A program made the translations under genes and the position numbers. Positions 8,578 to 16,962 of a stretch of DNA of 55,024 bases are shown in pieces. Under the pieces are notes generated by a model, which was not told the origin of the DNA, ran no database searches, and saw only the letters and a program-made list of their open reading frames with translations. Source of the DNA: a virus (taxonomy: Duplodnaviria; Caudoviricetes). The stretch is from positions 1 through 55,024 of the IMG/VR virus record IMGVR_UViG_3300031920_000406. One strand, given 5' to 3'. Within the stretch, counting starts at the first letter, position 1. Each line of letters starts with the position of its first letter.

Positions 8578-8897
8578 AAATTTTACATTTACCGATTGAA
8601 AAATGCTGGTTTGATATGATTCTCTTCGGAGAAAAAAAAGAAGACTATCGAAAAATTAAGCCTCATTGGAACAGTAGGTTGCAGAGTGGCACAAAATTCA
8701 AAAAATTCGATATTGTACTTTTTGAAAACGGATATTCTAAAAATGTGCCGTGGATGAAAGTTGATCTCCTGAACATTCGTTGTGGCGTCGGTAGAGTAGA
8801 ATGGGGAGCGCCTGAACATGAAACGGTATACATTTTACGCCTTGGTAACATATTAGAGGTGTCGTATCCAGGAGGTTTTGAATGGGCGAAAAAATAA
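8574..8897 (+). CDS. ASCH/PUA-like domain protein
   Basis: MKILHLPIEKCWFDMILFGEKKEDYR...FENGY...EWGA. Confidence 0.8.
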   Translation: MKILHLPIEKCWFDMILFGEKKEDYRKIKPHWNSRLQSGTKFKKFDIVLFENGYSKNVPWMKVDLLNIRCGVGRVEWGAPEHETVYILRLGNILEVSYPGGFEWAKK

Positions 8898-9175
8898 AAC
8901 TATGTAAATGCGGTTGTGGCCGCGAGGTGCCGAGTCACAGACAATATGTTGCTGAATGTCAGACACGGGTAAATCGTGAAAGAATGGTTGTCTACAATAG
9001 GGAGCACCGCAACTGTGCCCTCGACTTACGACATGCGCGCACTGTAAAATTAAGAACAATGAAAAAATGTAACAACATTCTCCACGCGCTTGACGTTACG
9101 GCAGCAGAAATATCCGCGCAGGTGGAAAAAATACGATTAAAACACGGGGTGCCGTATAACTTTATTCAAATTTAA
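8882..9175 (+). CDS. Hypothetical protein with CKCGCG motif
   Basis: ORF with GGAGG RBS. Confidence 0.55.
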   Translation: MGEKIKLCKCGCGREVPSHRQYVAECQTRVNRERMVVYNREHRNCALDLRHARTVKLRTMKKCNNILHALDVTAAEISAQVEKIRLKHGVPYNFIQI

Positions 9176-9195
9176 TAGGGCAAAGAAATGAAAAT

Positions 9196-9504
9196 ATGAA
9201 TGAAAAAAAATTCAAAAAAGGTATAGAGACGGTACTCACCGCTATTGCGGATGGGTTTGATAGAAAATTGTATTCTCAAACAAAAGCACAACTCGAAGAA
9301 CATTGGTTTTTTGAATATGATAGCAATTTATCACCACAGAAAAATATATATCAGTTTTGGGATTTGTTAACATTGTATGAAAACTCTTGCCGGCGATGGG
9401 AGGAACACCACAATGGTACAATTTGTGTTGTAGAAAGAGTTAGAGATAAATATTTAATGCCAAAAATCAATCTTTTTTATGTTGAGCTTTTGAAAAATGA
9501 CTAG
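9196..9504 (+). CDS. Hypothetical protein
   Basis: 102-aa ORF in co-oriented array. Confidence 0.6.
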   Translation: MNEKKFKKGIETVLTAIADGFDRKLYSQTKAQLEEHWFFEYDSNLSPQKNIYQFWDLLTLYENSCRRWEEHHNGTICVVERVRDKYLMPKINLFYVELLKND

Positions 9505-9666
9505 AAAAGAGAAAATGAAATACCAGGTCAGAGACGAACAATGCTATACAAAAAAATGCTTCACACCGTTTTCTGGAAACGGCTGGAAAATATGTCGATT
9601 ATATGAAATGGGGCAATGTCCTGATGCTGTTCCAGATGCCCCGCTTAACAGAACGGAGAAAAAGAA

Positions 9667-10431
9667 ATGAACTGGTTACCGGAAATGTGGACGTACTCTG
9701 AATACGTTTCGCACAGATTTATGAGTCGCTATCAAAAAGGAAAATATTACGAGCCTTTGATTGATAGAAATGCATTTTTATACGTTCCATTTGTAAACGA
9801 CAAGGATTTTGCGTTTTTGGCAGAAACGTCATACAAAATTATTATTGCATTTTCAGGTCCCAAGAATCTCCCTGCAATGATAAACAATTTTGATGCATAC
9901 CCTCTCGGTGAAGGAATGATACTTGACGGATTCTACCGTTCATGGAAATATTACAAGGATGCCTTTGACCGATTCTTCCGAGACAATTTTGATGGCCATG
10001 GGAAGGATTTTTCCGGTATCAAGAAAGAGTTGCTGATTACCGGCCATAGTCGCGGTGGCGCCCTGGCTAGTTTGTGTGCCAGGCACTTCTCAAAAAACCG
10101 GCAGAAACCGAACACTTGTTACACGTTTGGTGCACCGCCTCAGGGAACTCAAGAATATGTTGATCAATATAACAAACTTACCGTCCTTAATATTCGAGGT
10201 GTCAACGGCTCTGACATTGTGCCAACAATGTTGTTGCCGCGGAGCCTAGGGTTTCTTCATCAAAATCATTTGCACCATTTTCCACAGCCGCGTTGGCACC
10301 GGTGGTTTCATAAAATCCGTGACCACTATTATTCAAATTACACAAAAGCGATACTAAAATATTGCCGTAAGGTAGGAGACCGTGACGGCGTTGCACAAAT
10401 GAAGCGTGTTCTGAAAAGAGCACGACCGTAA
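9667..10431 (+). CDS. Class 3 lipase (alpha/beta hydrolase)
   Basis: ITGHSRGGALA nucleophile elbow; YTFGAP; DIVP; late DH catalytic His. Confidence 0.85.
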   Translation: MNWLPEMWTYSEYVSHRFMSRYQKGKYYEPLIDRNAFLYVPFVNDKDFAFLAETSYKIIIAFSGPKNLPAMINNFDAYPLGEGMILDGFYRSWKYYKDAFDRFFRDNFDGHGKDFSGIKKELLITGHSRGGALASLCARHFSKNRQKPNTCYTFGAPPQGTQEYVDQYNKLTVLNIRGVNGSDIVPTMLLPRSLGFLHQNHLHHFPQPRWHRWFHKIRDHYYSNYTKAILKYCRKVGDRDGVAQMKRVLKRARP

Positions 10432-10450
10432 TCAATAAAGGAGGAGCAAG

Positions 10451-10675
10451 ATGAAAGAGGGAGATTTGATAGTAGTTTGGCGGGACAACGGAGAAGCGTT
10501 GCTGACAAAAGCTCGTTCAGATCAATTTTTAGATGTAAACAAAAACGATGTGATTTTTGCGATAGGTGTGAGAGGCTGTTATCATTGCACTCATGTTAGA
10601 CCGGTTACCATCCATAAGTGCGTTTTCTCAGAAGATCTTAAGGGTGAAATTTCGTTGTCAAAACGAATATTATAG
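10451..10675 (+). CDS. Hypothetical protein
   Basis: GGAGG RBS. Confidence 0.6.
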   Translation: MKEGDLIVVWRDNGEALLTKARSDQFLDVNKNDVIFAIGVRGCYHCTHVRPVTIHKCVFSEDLKGEISLSKRIL

Positions 10676-10678
10676 GGA

Positions 10679-11065
10679 ATGCAAATGAGTTGTAAATGTC
10701 AAAGTTGCGGTGATCTTTATAAGGTCGATTTAATAATTCCTGATAAGTTATGGGAAATTATTAAACCAAAGGGTAAAGTTAAAGGAGCGGGGTTGCTTTG
10801 CGGTAAATGTATTATTAAATTTCTTGAATTAATCAATGAATACCGGGCACTCCATTTAGTGGGAGCTGACAACTCCCCATCTCCCAACAAGTCAAGTTTG
10901 AGATTGCCGGACGTCAAGCAATGTATTGAACATGCCATGTCTAAATTAGGCGATGATTATTTCAACGTAACGCCGTCAATGTTAATCGGGTGTGTACGTA
11001 GATTTATAGCAAGTGAACTGGAGGGGAAAAATGGGATACAGAAACATAAAACCGGTATTAACTAA
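10679..11065 (+). CDS. Zinc-finger hypothetical protein
   Basis: CQSCG...LW...GLLCGKC; relic left core at 10877-10888. Confidence 0.6.
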   Translation: MQMSCKCQSCGDLYKVDLIIPDKLWEIIKPKGKVKGAGLLCGKCIIKFLELINEYRALHLVGADNSPSPNKSSLRLPDVKQCIEHAMSKLGDDYFNVTPSMLIGCVRRFIASELEGKNGIQKHKTGIN

Positions 11066-11321
11066 TATTTGGGAATTATCTGGTTGCTGTGGCCTGTTCA
11101 CCGGTGACACGTCCCTTAACAATGGGTACGGGTGTAAATCACGCTCAAAAGAAAAAGACGAGGTCGGATGCTGTTATATGTGGGACTGTCCGCTCGCTTA
11201 CTCTGCTAGCCTGGAGGACTTGAAAAAACACGACACTTATCTATACAAAGAATATCTGGATAGTGGAGACGATCCAGAACAGAGTGATTGGATGATACAA
11301 TATAGAGAGGTACAGAAATGA
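11031..11321 (+). CDS. Cys-rich hypothetical protein
   Basis: NNGYGC...GCCYMWDCPLA; GGAGG RBS. Confidence 0.6.
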   Translation: MGYRNIKPVLTNIWELSGCCGLFTGDTSLNNGYGCKSRSKEKDEVGCCYMWDCPLAYSASLEDLKKHDTYLYKEYLDSGDDPEQSDWMIQYREVQK

Positions 11322-11602
11322 TAGAACCTATTCCTGTTCAAATGACTGCAACACCGACCGACTCTGTCTTGATCAACAAACTTAACCAGGTTATTTCTGA
11401 CGTTAACAGATTTTTACCCATTCACAGGAGAAAGGAAAAAATGTCAACAGAAGTCAAAATTCAACGAAAAAAAACCTGGATAGTAAATCATCGGGATAAC
11501 AACCACACTCGTTATGTGTGTTTCGATTGTTGTATTAATTATGTTTCAAAAAATATGACGGTGTGCGTTAAATGTGGGAAGGAAACCACAAAAATTTACT
11601 AG
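11318..11602 (+). CDS. Hypothetical protein with C-terminal zinc ribbon
   Basis: CFDC...CVKCG. Confidence 0.5.
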   Translation: MIEPIPVQMTATPTDSVLINKLNQVISDVNRFLPIHRRKEKMSTEVKIQRKKTWIVNHRDNNHTRYVCFDCCINYVSKNMTVCVKCGKETTKIY

Positions 11603-11739
11603 ACCGAGTTTAGGCCGGGGTTTAAAAATGTATAAAATGATCAATCCAGTTCTATATTTCTTAATGTTCGCGGCGGTCGGTTGCCTGTTCTGGCTGCTCG
11701 TTCACACATTTTCGTTAGAATATAACCAGGAGGTGCCAT

Positions 11740-11952
11740 ATGGATGCATCAGATGCATCAACAATGTTGGAACGTACGAAAGCGCGGTTGATTGAGGCCG
11801 CGGAAAAAGAGTATGGGAAAATTGAACCGTGCAATATAGACCCGTTTACAATTTTCGATGGTGTTCTCTATTTTTGGTTTAATTTGCCAGACAATTCAAC
11901 ACATTTCACACACACCCATCTAATTCACGAGAATACAGAATCGGAAAAATAG
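11740..11952 (+). CDS. Hypothetical protein, paralog of 19376-19576
   Basis: LIEAAEKEYGKI...FWFN...STH; AGGAGG RBS. Confidence 0.65.
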   Translation: MDASDASTMLERTKARLIEAAEKEYGKIEPCNIDPFTIFDGVLYFWFNLPDNSTHFTHTHLIHENTESEK

Positions 11953-11979
11953 TTCACCATATGTCTAGTTGGTGGAAAA
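11952..11979 (+). other. attI-like entry motif 3 (GTTCACCATATgtctaGTTGGTGGAAAA)
   Basis: Shared with 4430 and 2959; starts the second clear run of cassettes. Confidence 0.5.
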
Positions 11980-12009
11980 ATTAATTATTCATAACAGGAG
12001 CGCAAAAAA

Positions 12010-12330
12010 ATGAAAGCAGTGATCGAATTGATTAATGGTGTAGAGGGGGGGTGCATTTGTATCTGTGCAAGTGGTGATGATGGCGGAAGGCGTGTTGCAG
12101 GCCCAAAGCCGTGGGGTGGAGGGGTTGTTGTTAAAAAGTGGATTACAACAGTTGAAGACATTGAAGATGCGCTCCAAAGCATTCGGAACATTAATTCATC
12201 CACCAACAACGAAAGGACTTCAATTTGTCCTGAATGCCATTCGGATGATTCAGATGTTGAATGTGGACTTTCCTTTTGCAATGCTTGTGGTAATAGTTGG
12301 AGGCACGGACAAACTAAATCCGTTTCGTGA
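12010..12330 (+). CDS. Cassette protein; C-terminal zinc ribbon encoded in attC-like loop
   Basis: RVAGPKPWGGG motif; CPECH...CNACG lies between the hairpin arms. Confidence 0.7.
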   Translation: MKAVIELINGVEGGCICICASGDDGGRRVAGPKPWGGGVVVKKWITTVEDIEDALQSIRNINSSTNNERTSICPECHSDDSDVECGLSFCNACGNSWRHGQTKSVS

Positions 12331-12344
12331 ACGTTGTAAGAAAT
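12196..12344 (+). repeat. attC-like site
   Basis: TCATCCACCAAC acgaaagga..tttgtcc / ggacaaa..tccgtttcgt gaacGTTGTAAGAAAT. Confidence 0.8.
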
Positions 12345-12395
12345 AAATCAAATTTTTATTATTATAGTTTGCTCATTAACAGAAAGGGAAATGAA

Positions 12396-12566
12396 ATGAA
12401 AAATGTGCCAAAGTATATGATTTATGATGGTAGGTATCGGTTTGACGAAGATCGAGCGATTGTAATGGATATGGCCGATACTCTTTCAGAAGCAAACGCG
12501 GCCGCCAAAGATCAAGGGGATGCCGTAGTAGTTGATTCTAAAACAGGTGCAATTGTATACGGGTAG
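12396..12566 (+). CDS. Small hypothetical cassette protein
   Basis: MKNVPKYMIYDGRY...; flanked by AAATCAAATT / AATTTGATTT. Confidence 0.6.
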   Translation: MKNVPKYMIYDGRYRFDEDRAIVMDMADTLSEANAAAKDQGDAVVVDSKTGAIVYG

Positions 12567-12600
12567 CCCATTCGCAAAAGAACTGGTTGTAATTTGATTT

Positions 12601-12670
12601 ACATCTTACAACACGCAAAGGTAAAAATTGATGGAGCCAACTTCTACCATTTGCCAACGTTGTGACAAAA
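12601..12670 (+). repeat. attC-like site (sister of 4742)
   Basis: Near-identical to 4742-4812 with compensatory ggC..Gcc to ggT..Acc change. Confidence 0.85.
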
Positions 12671-12692
12671 TAATTTTTTCTTTGGAGTTATA

Positions 12693-12938
12693 ATGTTTTC
12701 TAAATTTGAATTAGCAGTAATCGAAGTTGATGTTTCTCATGTTTTAAAGTTGGTTTCTCTTGATGACCAGCAAAGGAAAACACGGGAGAATATTGTAAAA
12801 AAAATTACTTCGCACAACAAACAAAGTGGAGAAATAGAATGTACTAACTGTGGAATTCTTTTGCCACCAATGGAGCCAGGAGAAGGTGACCCGTCTAAAA
12901 GTGGCTATTTGTGCCGCACGTGTTTTGGTTTGGATTAA
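12693..12938 (+). CDS. Cassette protein; zinc ribbon in attC-like loop
   Basis: GGAG RBS; CTNCG...LCRTC. Confidence 0.65.
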   Translation: MFSKFELAVIEVDVSHVLKLVSLDDQQRKTRENIVKKITSHNKQSGEIECTNCGILLPPMEPGEGDPSKSGYLCRTCFGLD

Positions 12939-12980
12939 TAGACATTTTACTTCTCACGTTTATCAACTGTTGTACGAAAT
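12807..12980 (+). repeat. attC-like site
   Basis: ACTTCGCACAAC aaagtggaga..aatgt / acatttt..tctcacgttt ... GTTGTACGAAAT. Confidence 0.65.
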
Positions 12981-13130
12981 ACAGGCTTACTATAAGAGCC
13001 GTTTTAAAAGCAGAATGAAATGGAAAAAAATTAACAAAACACTGGCTGAAATAGCAAAAAAATACTGCTCATTGGTATACGAAATGGCAAAATCGCACAA
13101 TGTGGAAATCTGAACCCTGGAAGGGATGTT

Positions 13131-13427
13131 ATGAGTTTACGAAAAAAACAATCCAAATTTGCACAGATGTTGATATTATTGTTTGCCTATATTGTTCAGG
13201 GCGGCTATGAGATCACACTTGGAGACGCTGCAAGAATTGATAGGCGAGGACACTCGAAAAACAGTAAACACTATGTGAGGCTGGCAATTGACCTCAATCT
13301 GTTTAAAGACGGAAAATATCTACGAGATACGGCAGATCACGAAAAAATAGGGATCTTCTGGGAAGCTATCGGGGGAACATGGGGCGGTCGATTTACAAAT
13401 CCTGACGGCAACCATTATCAATTGTAA
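13131..13427 (+). CDS. Peptidase M15 family endolysin
   Basis: SKH..RLAIDLN Zn motif; WGGRF..PDGNHY. Confidence 0.85.
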   Translation: MSLRKKQSKFAQMLILLFAYIVQGGYEITLGDAARIDRRGHSKNSKHYVRLAIDLNLFKDGKYLRDTADHEKIGIFWEAIGGTWGGRFTNPDGNHYQL

Positions 13428-13640
13428 GTTGGTTTTATTTTTTCCAATAAATGTGTTGAGCCTGGCAATCTAGGTGATTTTATCTGTGATGGCGAATATG
13501 ATGATTTCGAGTGTAGGCATTTTTATATAGCTTTGGAATCAAAATTACATTCACACAACCCACAACAAACCTCGGGCGGGTGCGTAAAAATGAATCTAAC
13601 CAATTACATAGTTTGGATTCTCCGAATCATCACCCTTGTT

Positions 13641-14216
13641 TTAATTCTTAATATAATTTTTTTCTTTTTGTAGTAGCTCTCGCGCCGCTTTTCGTTCTGA
13701 CAATGTTTCTATCCATGTTTTCTTCGCGTTTCTGACTACGCCATGTAGTCCGTTCTTTAGCGCGATTTCTTCTAACGACATCAGTGCTTTCCAGTCGCCC
13801 TCATCGAATTGTGAAGGATTCATTTCTACGTGGAATATTGTTTTTCGTCCTGACCACACTATTGGTTTTTTGAAGCGTATTGCCGATTCATAACGGTGCC
13901 ACCATCGTCCAACCTGGCCCCAACCATCATCATTGACTAGATTGCACTCTACCATGATTACCGCTCCTACAAGCGCCCTTTTAGGGTATTCTATCGCACG
14001 TCCCATTCGTCCTATAACCTTTTGTGAAAGATATTGTTCCGCTTCTATTCTACCCTGCACATGTTCTAATGCACTTTTCCATTTTGTGTCCTCTCTTTGA
14101 CTAGCGTGAATTAATAATACTCCACGATAGTTTGATTTCCATGTCCGATTCTCTATTTTCTTTCTACCCCCGACCACGAACTCCGCCCAGGGTTGACGTA
14201 TTGATATTGCTACCAT
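13641..14216 (-). CDS. ASCH domain protein
   Basis: AISIRQPWA..VVGGRKKIENRTWKSNYRGVLLIHAS. Confidence 0.9.
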   Translation of the reverse strand: MVAISIRQPWAEFVVGGRKKIENRTWKSNYRGVLLIHASQREDTKWKSALEHVQGRIEAEQYLSQKVIGRMGRAIEYPKRALVGAVIMVECNLVNDDGWGQVGRWWHRYESAIRFKKPIVWSGRKTIFHVEMNPSQFDEGDWKALMSLEEIALKNGLHGVVRNAKKTWIETLSERKAARELLQKEKNYIKN

Positions 14217-14641
14217 GTTATATTATCTTCTCTTTCTTATATGTTTGTAGAGAGAAATTTTTAAATTGTCTCTATACTCTTGTTGCTCATAACCCTAGAG
14301 ACTTTCTATTATAAGCAATTGCCTTTTTGTCCCTTTATTCGATTTCGTCCTTCTCAATTATCTTAATCGCAGTTCATTTACCGATCTGTTATTGGCACAT
14401 ACTATATTTAGCCCTACAATACGCAATTTTCGACGCTCCACAGTTTCTTCTTTCCCAGTGTCCAAAAACTGCACTTGTACCCACTCTCCTTTCTTGTCTC
14501 CAACTATTTTACACGTACGTTTCTTTAGATTCTTCTCTTTCTTACTATTTCCCGTACAATATCGGTACAGACTCACTTTTATGATCCTTTCTACCTGAAC
14601 AATCCTTTGCACAGAGCACATCGCATCATTTTCTCTGGACC

Positions 14642-14902
14642 CTACTCATCCTCCTCTCCCTTCCCTCCCCATCTATTCCTTTTTTTTCCACTGCTTCGCT
14701 TCTCTCTTCCTTTGTAAATCCATAATCCATTTTTGATATATGTTCCTATCTTTTGGCCTGACATTTGAAACATCCACGCTGCCGGCATCATTACCTTTCT
14801 TCCTGTGATTACACAGTCTCCCTGCAGAGCAGCTTCTTCTATCTTTCCTATTTCTCGAATTCTACGACCATGTTTTACAGGACCCTTGATTACATGACTC
14901 AT
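14642..14902 (-). CDS. Hypothetical protein
   Basis: ORF in minus-strand operon. Confidence 0.5.
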   Translation of the reverse strand: MSHVIKGPVKHGRRIREIGKIEEAALQGDCVITGRKVMMPAAWMFQMSGQKIGTYIKNGLWIYKGREKRSSGKKRNRWGGKGEEDE

Positions 14903-14956
14903 TCTATTCTATGCCTTTCCTAATTCAATTCTATACTATCTTTTCGCAACATTCAA

Positions 14957-15502
14957 TCATACTTTTCGCTCCGGAAACTTTCTATTGTGTAAATCTTTTA
15001 AGAATTTCCATATTTTCTCATCGTCATCTTCATTCACCACCAGGTGTGGAACTTTTGTTGTTTCGTATAGGACGCTTTTAATTTTCTGTCCCTTGTCTCC
15101 TTTAGCCCTCTGTTTCCCCTTGTTGATTTTGTGTTTTGTTTCCATAGCCCAGTCGATGCCCAATATATCATAATGCCCCGCCAGTCCTTTGTTGATTCGA
15201 TTTACACAAACTGCCAATACTGCCTCACCGCATATCGGACAGATTGCTCGCGCCGGTGCATGTTTGTGACCGAAACGTCCAGTGCACGTTGGGTAGAACT
15301 TATTTCCGCAAAAGTATTCTATATGCACACATGGCAAATCCAGCGCGTGAGCTACTTCTATTATACCCGACATGAATTTCTTTTCATGACTTGTACGGTT
15401 GTGCTTTTTCTCTACAAGCTCCCGATATTCCTCAATCGACACCATATTACTGTCTCTACAAAACATGGATTGTTGCACACCATTCTTATTTACCCTCGAC
15501 AT
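14957..15502 (-). CDS. VRR-NUC / PD-(D/E)xK nuclease-like protein with zinc insert
   Basis: E..F...I; G.YDIL; METK; Q motif. Confidence 0.5.
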   Translation of the reverse strand: MSRVNKNGVQQSMFCRDSNMVSIEEYRELVEKKHNRTSHEKKFMSGIIEVAHALDLPCVHIEYFCGNKFYPTCTGRFGHKHAPARAICPICGEAVLAVCVNRINKGLAGHYDILGIDWAMETKHKINKGKQRAKGDKGQKIKSVLYETTKVPHLVVNEDDDEKIWKFLKDLHNRKFPERKV

Positions 15503-15811
15503 TTTTCCTCCAATCCTTTACCTTCACCGTCCAGGTTTGCAGCTTTTTCTCCCACCTTGCCTTTTCACTGCATATCCACGACCGTTGTCCTTTCCACTTC
15601 CATAGCTTATTTCCCGGTGGACCCCGCAGACGAAATCTATCATCCTTTATGAGTCGTTGAAACTCTATTTCACGCCACCCAATCCCTGTCCATCGCTCTG
15701 CAATTCTCTCACTCTTTTCCTCTTTACCATGAGACATTAAATTCATCACCATTAACCCATTTCTACCATAATTCTTAATGCATCTTTTCTTTTTTTCTTT
15801 CGTTTCCATTT

Positions 15812-16114
15812 TTAAACAAATCCTTTTCCAATATCCCTAAAACTTCCGAACTCGATCTCAATCGCCAACTTTGCCGCTGGTACCGTGTTTGACAGTATTG
15901 CTTTTGGTCGATAATCCGGGAACCGTTTAGCGATGCAGCTTAAAACCTCCATTGATGCCACAATCACTTTGATAGGTTCATCTACGTAAAACAGAATGTG
16001 CAATAAACCTCCTCTTGGACAGCTTCTGATTTCTTGCAGTTCTTGTTCCAGCAGTTCCTCGACACCTCTTAATTTCCCTTTTGCTCCTTCTTGGTATGGT
16101 ACTCTAATTTTCAT
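15812..16114 (-). CDS. Hypothetical protein
   Basis: GGAGG RBS; coupled to upstream ORF. Confidence 0.55.
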   Translation of the reverse strand: MKIRVPYQEGAKGKLRGVEELLEQELQEIRSCPRGGLLHILFYVDEPIKVIVASMEVLSCIAKRFPDYRPKAILSNTVPAAKLAIEIEFGSFRDIGKGFV

Positions 16115-16382
16115 CAGCCCCTCCTATCGCTACTCGCCATAGACATATTTTGTTTTCTAATAGTTTTACGAGCAGCGCATCCAGCGTTCCTCCTGGCAGA
16201 TTGTTTGCCAACATTTTATATAACTTACTTGCCTCTTCTTTATACATCTCTTGGTAACCTTTTGGCCAGCTCCTTTCTTTACCCCCTATTGGTAGATCTT
16301 TGTTAATCAAAATCTTTACTTCCGAACCCTCTTCTGTTTCATCAATTTCTGCTTTATATAGTTCGCACACTTCAACCCCCAT
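16104..16382 (-). CDS. Hypothetical protein
   Basis: LPGGTLDALL phage-type motif. Confidence 0.6.
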   Translation of the reverse strand: MGVEVCELYKAEIDETEEGSEVKILINKDLPIGGKERSWPKGYQEMYKEEASKLYKMLANNLPGGTLDALLVKLLENKICLWRVAIGGADEN

Positions 16383-16397
16383 ATTATCTTCCCTTCT

Positions 16398-16934
16398 TTA
16401 AAAACTCATTTCGTCTTCTACGCTTGCCTCCATATTTATTGCCGCATTATCTGTATTCCTCTCTGGCCCAATAACCTCACCCTCTTGTCTTTTGAACCTT
16501 CTTTCTTCTCCGCCCATTACCTCGTTGATCATTGGTTGCACCTCTGATACCAGTTTATCCATTTCTCCTGTTTCCATGCCTTTCATTCCCCCCGGGCGGT
16601 TGAAAAATGCGATTCGCCAGCGTTCCTCTCCCTCCCACTCCTCTATCTCGCATACAATCTCACACTTTTTTCCTACCAGGATCGGTTCGTTAAAATCTGT
16701 GATTGCATGCCCTTTCCAGTCGAACGCTTCTTGTAGTGTTATCACTGTTTGTTTAACACATTTATAGGTTAGCCACAGATTTCCAACAACTGTCATTTCC
16801 CACTTTTCTTCTGGTTTTTCTATATCGTATGCTGTTCGAACTCGGATGAACACGCAAGGACTTCCGGTTTTTGCCCGCCGAAGGCTATTTCCTGTTACTA
16901 CCGCAGCGAATGTTGTTTGTTTTCTATTTTCCAT
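16398..16934 (-). CDS. Putative ssDNA-binding protein (DUF669-like OB fold)
   Basis: LVGKKCEIV..EEWEGE; acidic C-terminus EDEMSF; follows recT. Confidence 0.6.
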   Translation of the reverse strand: MENRKQTTFAAVVTGNSLRRAKTGSPCVFIRVRTAYDIEKPEEKWEMTVVGNLWLTYKCVKQTVITLQEAFDWKGHAITDFNEPILVGKKCEIVCEIEEWEGEERWRIAFFNRPGGMKGMETGEMDKLVSEVQPMINEVMGGEERRFKRQEGEVIGPERNTDNAAINMEASVEDEMSF

Positions 16935-16962
16935 ACTTTGCCTCTTCTCCCCTGTTACTCGA

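Larger units (their letters stand above)
2959..13101 (+). mobile_element. Integron-like gene cassette array lacking an integrase (CALIN-like), clearest at 2959-6960 and 11950-13100
   Basis: At least 11 attC-like hairpins between small co-oriented ORFs; unit-specific end complementarity. Confidence 0.75.

Noticed and set aside
2959-13101. Complete integron with intI, or simple rho-independent terminators between genes
   Set aside because: No ORF with tyrosine recombinase R-H-R-Y motifs is visible. The hairpins lack U-tracts and show cross-site core complementarity that terminators would not need.
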